DNA from: Candidatus Marinacidobacterales bacterium | GTDB lineage: Bacteria > Acidobacteriota > Vicinamibacteria > Marinacidobacterales > DATDRI01 | Assembly: GCA_965226495.1 (NCBI GenBank) | Contig: OZ245365.1 | Coordinates: 5,280,001-5,344,000, forward strand | DNA length: 64,000 nucleotides | Direction of reading: 5' to 3' | Part shown: positions 47,039 to 56,019 of the stretch, one piece after another | Layout: every line of letters begins with the position of its first letter | How positions within the stretch are numbered: position 1 is the stretch's first letter | Notes under the pieces: model-generated | Told to the model about the DNA's origin: nothing | The model's database searches: none | Seen by the model: the letters and a program-made list of their open reading frames with translations, nothing else | Program-made: the position numbers and the translations under genes

Positions 47039-47590
47039 CTACGCAAGTGTAAGGAACGACTCGGGATCTTCCCACTGTCCGGCCTCGAACTTGAAAGTGC
47101 GACTCTTGTCGACGAGAACTTGACCATCGTCTGCTAGGCCAACCTTAACCCTCTCGAGAGGACGCGGCGCAGGCCCTTCGAAGTTGATGCCGCTCGAGTA
47201 GAAGCCACTCCCGTGGCATGGGCACTTGAACTTGTTCTCCGCCTCGAGCCAGTTCGGTGTGCATCCAAGGTGGGTGCAAATAGCCTGAATGGCGTAGATA
47301 CCGTCCTCGTTTCGAACGATCCAGACCCGATACTTTTCCTTGAACCGCAAATCGACTGCCCCGATGGCGAAGTCAGCCGGAAAACCGATTTTGAAGGAAG
47401 AAGGTTCCTCGGTCAGCACGTTCGGGAAGAAGAAACGCCCCATCGCGAGTCCGCCGGTCGCGGCCGCGGCGGCGAAAAAGGTCCACGCCATCGCGAGCCA
47501 GTTGACGATGAAGCCGCGCCGGCTTATCTCCTTGGACTTTGCCGGCGCTTTGGATTCCTCCGACTTACTATCCTTTTGTTCGTCTGCCAT
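47039..47590 (-). CDS. petC: Rieske 2Fe-2S protein of Rieske/cytb complex
   Basis: SRRGFI Tat motif, CTHLGC, CPCHGS, GPAPRPL. Confidence 0.95.
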   Translation of the reverse strand: MADEQKDSKSEESKAPAKSKEISRRGFIVNWLAMAWTFFAAAAATGGLAMGRFFFPNVLTEEPSSFKIGFPADFAIGAVDLRFKEKYRVWIVRNEDGIYAIQAICTHLGCTPNWLEAENKFKCPCHGSGFYSSGINFEGPAPRPLERVKVGLADDGQVLVDKSRTFKFEAGQWEDPESFLTLA

Positions 47591-47724
47591 GATCAACCCT
47601 ACTCGTGTGCCACTGCCTTACTTGCTTCTGGAAGAGAGGTGAGGCCGCTCGGCCGCTCGCCCTCGGTATCCGTGCACCGTTGCTCAGCACAAGACAAGGG
47701 CGCGGAAGCTCCGCGCCAATGCCA

Positions 47725-47754
47725 ATTGTATTCGCCTCACGAGAAAGCTGTCAA
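47725..47754 (-). promoter_or_regulatory. Near-consensus sigma70 promoter for the Rieske-cytb-octaheme-cox operon
   Basis: Minus strand TTGACA-N18-TACAAT, followed by 5' hairpin GGCGCGGA-GCT-TCCGCGCC (47699-47717). Confidence 0.7.
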
Positions 47755-47789
47755 GGCTTCTCGTCTCTACTCAGGGCCGGGCAGAACCC

Positions 47790-48689
47790 CTACTTTTCAA
47801 GTAGTTTATCCAGCTGGGCCAAGGCTTCGAAGGCAGCTTGCCGAACCTTCAGATCTGGGTCTTGCGCCGAAATCTCCTCTAGGCTCGGGCGGAATGACGG
47901 GTCCTGCAGGAGCACCGCTCCCTTCATGGCATTCATCATCGTCTCGCTACGCTGCTCCTCACTCATGACGGCTACCGAGCTCAGAAACTCCCGATCGAGC
48001 ATCTGAAAAATCCGATCTCGACCCGAGTCGTCACCGATTTTCGCTAGAGCGATAGCGGCATTCCAAGCCACATCCATTTCGTAATCTCCGAGAGCGGCCT
48101 CGAGCGTGGTGCGTGCCTCCCCGGAGCCGAGCGTTCCCAAACTGTAGACCGCCATCTTTCGGATCCCGGCATCATCGTTTTGCGCAAGCTCCAGGAGCGC
48201 CTCCACCGCGCGCTCATCACCGAGGGAGCCCAAAGCCCACATCGCGTAGATCCGCGTTTCCGGATCGTCATCGGAGAGTGCTTCCAGAAGCACCGGGACC
48301 GCTTGCGGATCTCCCACGTGACCCAGGGCGAGAGCCAGGTAGCGTCGGACTCGTGGATCATCACGCTCCGCCTCGCGAAAGGTGTCGATCATCTCGGGGA
48401 CAAGCCGATCGATGTCCTCCTGATCCTGTCGATCGATGTGGTTGAGCTGCTTCGCCAGCTCGAAGGCTGCTTGCCAGCGGCGTGTCGCGCTCCCCGACTT
48501 GATATCGCGAAGATGATCCACGCTAGATTTTTCTTCGGCAACTAACCAGCCGAAAAACAGGAAGAGCCCGACGCACGCAAAGACAACCAGCGCCGGGATC
48601 AGAAAGAACTGGAGAACGGAGTTGCCGAAGCTTATGTCCTCAGCCGATTCTTCAGGTGATTTATTGCTTGTGCTCTGGTCGTCTGTCAT
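47790..48689 (-). CDS. Membrane-anchored HEAT-repeat protein
   Basis: N-terminal TM; repeated D..VR..A..ALG..GD..AV..L. Confidence 0.85.
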   Translation of the reverse strand: MTDDQSTSNKSPEESAEDISFGNSVLQFFLIPALVVFACVGLFLFFGWLVAEEKSSVDHLRDIKSGSATRRWQAAFELAKQLNHIDRQDQEDIDRLVPEMIDTFREAERDDPRVRRYLALALGHVGDPQAVPVLLEALSDDDPETRIYAMWALGSLGDERAVEALLELAQNDDAGIRKMAVYSLGTLGSGEARTTLEAALGDYEMDVAWNAAIALAKIGDDSGRDRIFQMLDREFLSSVAVMSEEQRSETMMNAMKGAVLLQDPSFRPSLEEISAQDPDLKVRQAAFEALAQLDKLLEK

Positions 48690-48782
48690 TAAAGGGTCCG
48701 CTGCGCCGTGTCAGCCCAGTTGGGGCGAACCATCCTAGTTCCTTTTGGACAGCCGATCAAAAACCGGGCGTGCCGACCCAGC

Positions 48783-50612
48783 TCATGGATGAGAGTCCGC
48801 CGATTCCGTGGGATTGATCGTATTCGTAGAAACTGCGACTTCTTGGTCCTGGTACTGAAGCTGATAAAGACGATAGTAGATGCCGCGCTCGGCCAACAGA
48901 GCCTGGTGGGTCCCCACTTCACGGATCCGCCCCTTGTGCAGCACCACGATCCGGTCCGCCTTCTGCACTGTCGAAAGACGATGCGCGATGACGATGCTCG
49001 TGCGACCGATCATCAGGCGCTCGAGCGCTTCGCGAATCAAGATCTCGGTCTCAGTGTCTACACTGGAGGTCGCTTCGTCCAAGATCAGGACCCGCGGATC
49101 GTGAGCCAAGGCGCGAGCGAAAGAAATAAGCTGCTTCTGACCCGCGGAAAGAGATGCCCCTCTCTCGCCTACTGGTTCATCGAAGCCCTTTGGTAGCCGC
49201 GCGACGAACCGATCGAGGTGGACGTTGGCCGCCGCTTCGGCGACCTGCTCATCGGAAATCTCACGGCTCCCTAGGCGGATGTTCGAGGCGATCGTCCCAG
49301 AAAACAGATGCACGTCTTGCAGGACGATGCCGAACTGTTGGCGGAGCTCCTTGAGGTTCCACTCGCGTAGGTCGATACCATCGAGCAGGATGCGCCCCTC
49401 CTTCACGTCGTAGAAGCGAAGAAGGAGACTTGTCAGCGACGTCTTGCCCGCCCCGGTGTGTCCCACGATGGCGACGCGCTCACCCGGCTCGATATGGAGG
49501 TCGACGTCCCTCAATACCCAATCCTGGTCTTGATAAGCGAACTGCACGTTTTCGAAATCGATGCGACCCTCCGGGTGGGCCGGCCGCTGCGGCTGGGTTG
49601 GGTCTACGATGGTGGGCTCGGTATCGAGCAGCTTGAAGATTCGTTCCGATGAGGCCATGGCCGATTGCAGGATATTGAACTTCTCCGTTAGATCGGCGAT
49701 GGGTTTGTAGAACTTTTCCGAGTATTGGATGAAAGCAACCAGAGCACCCAGGGTCAGTCCGCCGATCAGCATCTGGCCGCCGCCGTACCAGATGATCAGC
49801 CCGATGGCCGTAGCACCGAGGATCTCGACGATAGGATAAAAAAGGGAGTAATAGAGGATGGACTCGAGATTGGCGTCCATGTGTGCGTGGTTGAGCTCTT
49901 TGAACTCTGCGTACTTTCTCGGCTCCTGCCGGAACAGCTGAACCACTTCCATCCCCGAAATGTTTTCTTGATTGAAAGCGTTGATGCGCGCGATGCGCGT
50001 TCGTACCTTGCGGTAGGTGTTACGAACCCTTCGCTTGAAGATGATGGAGACCGCGAAGAGCGGTGGCAAGACCGCAAAGCTTACCAGCGCGAGCTTCCAG
50101 TTGAGTGAGATCAGTACCACCATGATGCCGAGCAGCATGAAGATGTCGCCGAACACGGTGACCACGCCGGAAGTGAAAAGCTCGTTCAACGCATCGACAT
50201 CCGTCGTCACTCGCGTTACCAGACGCCCCACTGGATTGCGGTCGAAGAATGACGGGTTGAGCTTCTGCAAGTGGCCAAAGATCTGCCGCCGCATGTCGAA
50301 CATGATGCGCTGGCCAGTCAGGTTCATCACGTAGATTTGGAGATACGACAAGCCGAACTGGGCGAGGAGAGCCAGCACGTAGAGCCCGGCGACGACTTTC
50401 AAGCCGGATAGATCTCCGGCGGCGATGTAGTCATCGATCGCCACTTTGGTCAGGTAGGGTCCGACGAGCTTGAGGGCAGAGATCACCAGAATCAGGAAGA
50501 ACGCCACCACCACCGCGAGGCGGTAGGGCTTTAGGTACGTCAGCAACCGCGCCATGAGCCGGCTGTCGTAGGCCTTACCTAAGAGTTCTTCTTCGTGGTA
50601 GTCAGCTGGCAT
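48783..50612 (-). CDS. ABC exporter half-transporter (consensus NBD subunit of heterodimer)
   Basis: 6-TM domain, GHTGAGKT, LSAGQ, LDEAT, AHRLST. Confidence 0.95.
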   Translation of the reverse strand: MPADYHEEELLGKAYDSRLMARLLTYLKPYRLAVVVAFFLILVISALKLVGPYLTKVAIDDYIAAGDLSGLKVVAGLYVLALLAQFGLSYLQIYVMNLTGQRIMFDMRRQIFGHLQKLNPSFFDRNPVGRLVTRVTTDVDALNELFTSGVVTVFGDIFMLLGIMVVLISLNWKLALVSFAVLPPLFAVSIIFKRRVRNTYRKVRTRIARINAFNQENISGMEVVQLFRQEPRKYAEFKELNHAHMDANLESILYYSLFYPIVEILGATAIGLIIWYGGGQMLIGGLTLGALVAFIQYSEKFYKPIADLTEKFNILQSAMASSERIFKLLDTEPTIVDPTQPQRPAHPEGRIDFENVQFAYQDQDWVLRDVDLHIEPGERVAIVGHTGAGKTSLTSLLLRFYDVKEGRILLDGIDLREWNLKELRQQFGIVLQDVHLFSGTIASNIRLGSREISDEQVAEAAANVHLDRFVARLPKGFDEPVGERGASLSAGQKQLISFARALAHDPRVLILDEATSSVDTETEILIREALERLMIGRTSIVIAHRLSTVQKADRIVVLHKGRIREVGTHQALLAERGIYYRLYQLQYQDQEVAVSTNTINPTESADSHP

Positions 50613-50650
50613 GGCTAATCTCGGGCGTCGTCTAGTTCTCGAAATCTATT

Positions 50651-50746
50651 AATGGCCTGGGGCCCCACCCCCCAGGCCGGTCGCTCCGGTGACTTCGCAC
50701 CTGCGCGACAGCTGATGGCTCCCCGGCCGGCGGCCCTGACGGGCCG
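50651..50746 (+). repeat. REP-like structured element family 1, copy B
   Basis: GGCCTGGGGCCCCACCCCCCAGGCCGGTCGCTCCGGTGACTTCGCACCTGCGCGACAGCTGATGGCTCCCCGGCCGG. Confidence 0.85.
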
Positions 50747-50749
50747 TCT

Positions 50750-52486
50750 TCATATCCGTTCCAGTTCATCCTCCAATAGCTGCTTGCGATAAAGGCTCGC
50801 ATAAATTCCGTCGAGCGCCACGAGACTCTGGTGCGTGCCGCGCTCGGCGATCCGTCCCTCGTCCAACACGACGATGAGGTCCGCGTCCTTAATAGTGCTG
50901 ATGCGATGGGAAACGAGGAGCGTGGTGCGGTTCCTGATGACGCCTCGCAGCTGCGTCAGAATCCGTTCCTCTGTCTCAGTATCTACGCTCGAGAGCGCGT
51001 CATCCAAGACGAGTACCCGCGGGTCGGTGAGAAGCGCCCGCGCGATGGTCGAGCGCTGCCTCTGTCCGCCGGAAAGCGTGATCCCACGCTCGCCCACCAT
51101 CGTATCGTAGCGTTTGGGGAAGTCGGCAATATCGCCTGCCAAACCGGCAACCTCAGTCACTCTTTTCACTTCTTCGAGCGACGCCTCGTCCTCCCCGAAA
51201 CTGATGTTGGCTCGCAGGCTCTCCGAGAACAGAAAACCCTCTTGGGGAACGAAACCGATGGCCCCCCGAAGGCGAGCGAGCGGGAGCTTGCGCACGTCCA
51301 CACCATCTACCAAAACCTGCCCCTCGTTCACGTCATAAAGACGAGGCACCAGGCTCACTAAGGTGCTCTTGCCCGATCCGGTGCGCCCGACCACGGCAAC
51401 CGTTTTTCCCGGCTCGATCACGAGGTTGATGTCGCTCAGAACGGGCGTGCCATTGTACTGGAAGTGAACGCCGCGAAACTCGATTCCCCCCGTTAGATCC
51501 ACATCGGTGCGAGCATCGGGGGCGTCGGTCAGCTCGGGACTCTCGTCGAGAATGACCGCCAACCGCTTCATCGACGCCGCCCCGCGCTGATAGATGTTGA
51601 CAACCCAACCGAAGGCGATCATCGGCCAGGTCAGCATCGAGAGATAAGCGAAGAACGCTACCAACTGTCCCAGGGTGATCTCTTGACTGATTACCATTCG
51701 GCCGCCCCACCAAAGGACGAGAGCCGAACCAATACCGATGAGGACCGCCAGCAACGGATAAAAAGCACCCCAGATCTTCGCGAGTCCCACGTTGTGACGA
51801 AAGTAGTGTTGGTTTTCCTCCTCGAACTTCTCTTGCTCGGAGGCTTCCTGTGTGTAGGCCTTGACGACCCTCACCCCAGAGAGATTCTCCTGCACCAGCG
51901 CGGTGATGTCGCTCATCTTGGCCTGGATGGCCTCGAAACGCTTGTGAATCACTGCACCGAACTTTTTCACCGCTATCGAAACGAACGGCATGATCCCGAG
52001 CGACACTAGCGTCAGCTCGACGTTGATGGCCAGCATGAATCCAAGCGCGGCGATGGTAATCACTACGGTCTCGACGGGATACATGACCCCGGGCCCCAGC
52101 ACCATGCGCACGGCGGCGATGTCGTTCGTGGCGCGCGACATGAGATCCCCGGTACGCCAACGATGAAAGAAAGGCAAACTCATGCGCTGAAGGTGCGCGA
52201 AGAAGTCATTGCGCAGGTCGGCCTCGACATAGCGGGACACCCCAATGATGAGGCGGCGCATCCAGAATCGGAAAAATCCGTCGACCAAAGCGATCCCGAT
52301 GATGAGGGCGCAGTAAAAGACTAGCTTCTCTTTCGTCACCGACACGGTCAGATCATCGACCGTCATGCGGAGCACCTGGGGTGCGAGGACCGACGCCATT
52401 TTGCCGAAGAGCAGGCAGACCATTCCCACACCCAGTCGCTTCTTATAGCGACCCAGATAAGGAATGAGACGCCGTAGTTCTAACAT
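50750..52486 (-). CDS. ABC exporter half-transporter (degenerate NBD, MdlA/YheI-like)
   Basis: 6-TM domain, GRTGSGKS, LSGGQ, LDDAL (Asp for catalytic Glu), SHRIST. Confidence 0.95.
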   Translation of the reverse strand: MLELRRLIPYLGRYKKRLGVGMVCLLFGKMASVLAPQVLRMTVDDLTVSVTKEKLVFYCALIIGIALVDGFFRFWMRRLIIGVSRYVEADLRNDFFAHLQRMSLPFFHRWRTGDLMSRATNDIAAVRMVLGPGVMYPVETVVITIAALGFMLAINVELTLVSLGIMPFVSIAVKKFGAVIHKRFEAIQAKMSDITALVQENLSGVRVVKAYTQEASEQEKFEEENQHYFRHNVGLAKIWGAFYPLLAVLIGIGSALVLWWGGRMVISQEITLGQLVAFFAYLSMLTWPMIAFGWVVNIYQRGAASMKRLAVILDESPELTDAPDARTDVDLTGGIEFRGVHFQYNGTPVLSDINLVIEPGKTVAVVGRTGSGKSTLVSLVPRLYDVNEGQVLVDGVDVRKLPLARLRGAIGFVPQEGFLFSESLRANISFGEDEASLEEVKRVTEVAGLAGDIADFPKRYDTMVGERGITLSGGQRQRSTIARALLTDPRVLVLDDALSSVDTETEERILTQLRGVIRNRTTLLVSHRISTIKDADLIVVLDEGRIAERGTHQSLVALDGIYASLYRKQLLEDELERI

Positions 52487-52568
52487 TGTGTAGACTCGTC
52501 CTCAGTCAATTCTTCTAAGAGTTAGCCTGATTTGCAAAAGGAGTCGGACGGTATGTCCTGACAGCGCT

Positions 52569-52814
52569 TTACGCCTGGAGCCCGAGCGCCTCCGCCAATT
52601 TGTGACGGTTGAACGGGCTTGTGGTCAGGATACGACCGTCTATGTCGAATGTCGGGACCTGACGCTTACCCCCGGTGGCCTTCATGACGGTCTCGGCGGC
52701 CGCCGGATCGCCGTCGATGTTGATCTCCTCATAGGCAACGCTGTGTTCATCGAGGAATCGCTTCGCCAACCGGCAGTCGGGACACCACGTCGTGGTGTAC
52801 ATCTTAATGTGCAT
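52569..52814 (-). CDS. Glutaredoxin/mycoredoxin-like protein
   Basis: MY.T.WCPDC, VPT..IDG. Confidence 0.88.
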   Translation of the reverse strand: MHIKMYTTTWCPDCRLAKRFLDEHSVAYEEINIDGDPAAAETVMKATGGKRQVPTFDIDGRILTTSPFNRHKLAEALGLQA

Positions 52815-52877
52815 CCGTTTTCGAACTCCTCGGATAGTATAGCACCCGCCCACGCGACGGGCCGCTAACTGCCATCG

Positions 52878-53828
52878 CTATTGGGTTTCTCGGAGATCGA
52901 CGAGAACCTTGAAGAACTTGGGGTTGGCACTGTCTTCGAAACCCCGGGCGAACTCTCGGAAGGGATAGATCCTCGAGACCAATCGCTCGACCGGGATGGC
53001 TTTATCGACCAGAGCCGCGATGGCTGGCTCGAAATCCCCGCAGCGGGAGCCCACGAGCCGCAGTTCGTCGACGACGATCCTTGAAACGTTCACGCGTGGC
53101 ATCTGTTCACTGGTGGATTTGAGGATGATCGTTCCTTTTGGCCTCGTCCACGCCCTCGCCCTCTCGATGCCTTGCGGCGATCCGGTCGCCTCCACAACCC
53201 ACGGATAGATCGAACGCGCCTGTCCTTTGACGACGGACAGCCCTATCGAGCGAAGCAGGGACAACTTGTGCTCGTGTTTGCCTGCTACTTCAACTTCCGC
53301 GCCGCGCATTTGAAGCCCAAGTGCGATCAGTGTTCCCAACCGTCCATCGCCGACAACCAACACCCTCTCCCCGGGCGAAATCCCAACTTCCCCGACCGCG
53401 AGTGCCGCGGCCAAGGGCTCGACCCAAACCGCCTCTTCGTCGCTAACGCTGTCTGGAACCCGATGCAGGTTTCCGATCGGTGTGGTCAGGTATTCGGCGA
53501 AGGCACCGTCTCTCCCCTCGATGCCCAAGACCTTTCGATTCTCACAATGTCGAACAATACCTTGACCGCAGAGCGAGCACGCCCCACAGCCGATGTTGAT
53601 CTCGGAGACAACCCTGCTGCCAACCCAACTAGAATCGGAAGCCCTCTCGACGACACCGACCATCTCGTGGCCCGGCACACCGCGAAAGTCGCGGTAACCG
53701 CCAAGAAGCGCATGATCGGTCCCGCAGATCCCCGCCATTCGAACCCGAACCAGTGCATCTCCGGGTTCCGGAACGGGAGTGGGGATCTCCTTCAGGCCGG
53801 GCGAGTCATCAACAACGAAGGCCAGCAT
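52878..53828 (-). CDS. Zn-dependent alcohol dehydrogenase (MDR family)
   Basis: GICGTD, GHE.VG, C..C..C...C structural Zn, EPLA, GDG.LG, GSRCG. Confidence 0.92.
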   Translation of the reverse strand: MLAFVVDDSPGLKEIPTPVPEPGDALVRVRMAGICGTDHALLGGYRDFRGVPGHEMVGVVERASDSSWVGSRVVSEINIGCGACSLCGQGIVRHCENRKVLGIEGRDGAFAEYLTTPIGNLHRVPDSVSDEEAVWVEPLAAALAVGEVGISPGERVLVVGDGRLGTLIALGLQMRGAEVEVAGKHEHKLSLLRSIGLSVVKGQARSIYPWVVEATGSPQGIERARAWTRPKGTIILKSTSEQMPRVNVSRIVVDELRLVGSRCGDFEPAIAALVDKAIPVERLVSRIYPFREFARGFEDSANPKFFKVLVDLRETQ

Positions 53829-53833
53829 CTTGG

Positions 53834-53959
53834 CGGAGAGCCCTCAGCCGCCGCGCAGCCGCCCGTCGGCGAAGCGGAAAGCGCCCGAACGCAGCCCTGA
53901 GCCAATGCGCAGTCGCGAAGTCGACGAAGCATGTGGCGTGGGGGTGGGGCCCCGCGCCT
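53834..53959 (-). repeat. REP-like structured element family 1, copy C (inverted, with ~50-bp internal insert)
   Basis: Reverse complement GGCGCGGGGCCCCACCCCCACGCC...GACTTCGCGACTGCGC...CTGCGCGGCGGCTGAGGGCTCTCCG. Confidence 0.75.
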
Positions 53960-53992
53960 GTAATTGAAGAGTGAGGGCGCACTGATACATTT

Positions 53993-56011
53993 TCATCTAC
54001 GAGTGGCAACTTCGAGCTCGCCGATTTTCTCGTCGACCAGAGATTCGTAGGCCGCGTCACCGATCGACTCCATGAGCTCGAGTGCCCGGGGGCGCTGACC
54101 TAGCGCTTCGTAACACCGAGCGATGTTGTAGCGGAGGTCGACTTCGTCATACGGAGCTATCGGATCGATGTTCTTGGATGCCAGCTGGAAGGCGGAAAGA
54201 GCCTGCCGGTAGCTCCCTTCTTCAAATAGTCGTTTGCCTCGCTCGAGAGGACTTTCGGGCGCGATGAGCTCAGAACCTTCGATCTTCCCACGGCGGTAGA
54301 AGAGAGGCGCTTGCCCGGACAGTACTTCGTCGAGCAGAACCTCTCTCACTTCGACGATGTCCTCACCCTCGAGTCGGGCCGGGCATCCTTTATATAAGGG
54401 GCCGCCTTTACCTCCGAGATCCACGAGCCGAAGACCCTGGCAGTCTTCCCCAGCGAAGAAGTACACCGCGCCTGCCGAGATCGCCCGGGTTCCCTGAGGC
54501 TCATCCGGCTCTGAGCCCACCCAGACTACCGAAGGTTTTCCTCCCTCGAACCTCAGGATGAAATCGAAATTCTGTGGCAAGAGCCTTCCGAAGAAGGTTC
54601 GCTGAAGCAATATCGTCTGTTGTCCCCCGCTGTCGGTGAGGTGGAGATAAAAAACACCTTGCTCCGGGGTAGCCTGGACGTCGATCTCCGGTGCGATCTC
54701 TTTCACCGCCGCCAACAACACTTTGGGCAATTCCCTGTCCAGAGCAAGAAAGGCGCGGGATTTCGCGGCGCCCGCTCCACGAAGCTGCGCGAGCTCCATA
54801 AGCGCGTTCAAAACCTGGGTCTCGTTGGTCGCGTCTCTGAGAATCTTTCTTAGAGCAAGGTCGATTTGCCGATATCGGTCCGGAATCGGGACCGGCCCGG
54901 CCTCGAGCGCAGCCGCTTCATCCACGAGCGTGGAGAAGGACTTCTCAACTCGACTCGTCCGGCGGGTCGTCGTTCCGGTCTCTTTCTCCGCCGGTGGTCC
55001 GAGAAGCTGCAACACAGCGGTCACTTGCTCCCGGATGCGGCTACCCGGAGGATCTCCGGCAAGCGGGATTCTTATTTGCATCAAGCCGCGGCGGGATACG
55101 ATCCAAATCTCTCCATCGTCAGCCGGTTCGATGCCAGCCGGCAACCGGTCGGCGCGCCCCACCTCGACTCGCAGGCTCAGTAGGCGAACGATACGTCGCA
55201 CCGACGCTAGGTCACGCTCTTCGACGAAAGCGCCCACTGCAAACTCGTGCCCCAGCTTACTCGGCTCGATGAGTGCCAACCCAATGGCGTCCAACTCCTC
55301 GCTGCAACGAGGACACGCATCTATGGGGAAATACAAAACGACCGTCATTCCTTCGTCCAGGTACTCAGATGAAACAAACGTGCTGCCGGTCGCCGCAATC
55401 CGGATATCCGGAAGCGGCGCCACCGCGACTTCGATCTCTGGGAACTCTACCGCCAGCTCGAGAGCGAAGCGCTCTTGATCAATGACCGCATGAAGCACGT
55501 TTCTATCCGCGAAAGCTCCGGTTTCCAGCAAGCTCCGCTCGATGGCCGCCTGATCGACCTCTGGAGCGAAGTAAGCCTCCAGCAAGAGTTCCATGCGTTG
55601 CGCCACGTCGAGGTCGGGGTGAGAGGCCATCTGCAAAAGAGTCTCCGGCGACGGTACGAGGTTCACGGAGCGCCGCAGGGCTTTCCGTCCCTCCACCCAT
55701 CGCTCTTGTTCGACGAGCGCGTTTCCGAACGTTTCAAAATACCGGGCACGGCGTTCCCGATAGGCGGTGCGTGCCTTTTCGATCATGTCCTCGAAAAGCA
55801 ATCCTTTTTCCGGAGTCTCCTGGATCTCTTTCTCGGGTTCGAAGTACGAGGACTTCGAGAGAGCGCGACCGGCGGCGGCCTCGGCACCCTGGGCGTCGCT
55901 TTCGCCGAGGAGCCGCACAGCCTCGGAATGTGCCCTTTCGGCCGGACCGATCCCTCCCGACTGAACGAGAGCGATGGCGAGAACGAAAGGAGATAGCAGT
56001 CGGACTAGCAA
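53993..56011 (-). CDS. Secreted TPR + thioredoxin-like (CPRC) hypothetical protein
   Basis: Signal peptide from TTG 56011 (GAGG RBS), VVLYF...CPRC..E, N- and C-terminal TPR (YNIARCYEALG). Confidence 0.65.
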   Translation of the reverse strand: MLVRLLSPFVLAIALVQSGGIGPAERAHSEAVRLLGESDAQGAEAAAGRALSKSSYFEPEKEIQETPEKGLLFEDMIEKARTAYRERRARYFETFGNALVEQERWVEGRKALRRSVNLVPSPETLLQMASHPDLDVAQRMELLLEAYFAPEVDQAAIERSLLETGAFADRNVLHAVIDQERFALELAVEFPEIEVAVAPLPDIRIAATGSTFVSSEYLDEGMTVVLYFPIDACPRCSEELDAIGLALIEPSKLGHEFAVGAFVEERDLASVRRIVRLLSLRVEVGRADRLPAGIEPADDGEIWIVSRRGLMQIRIPLAGDPPGSRIREQVTAVLQLLGPPAEKETGTTTRRTSRVEKSFSTLVDEAAALEAGPVPIPDRYRQIDLALRKILRDATNETQVLNALMELAQLRGAGAAKSRAFLALDRELPKVLLAAVKEIAPEIDVQATPEQGVFYLHLTDSGGQQTILLQRTFFGRLLPQNFDFILRFEGGKPSVVWVGSEPDEPQGTRAISAGAVYFFAGEDCQGLRLVDLGGKGGPLYKGCPARLEGEDIVEVREVLLDEVLSGQAPLFYRRGKIEGSELIAPESPLERGKRLFEEGSYRQALSAFQLASKNIDPIAPYDEVDLRYNIARCYEALGQRPRALELMESIGDAAYESLVDEKIGELEVATRR

Positions 56012-56019
56012 GGCATACC

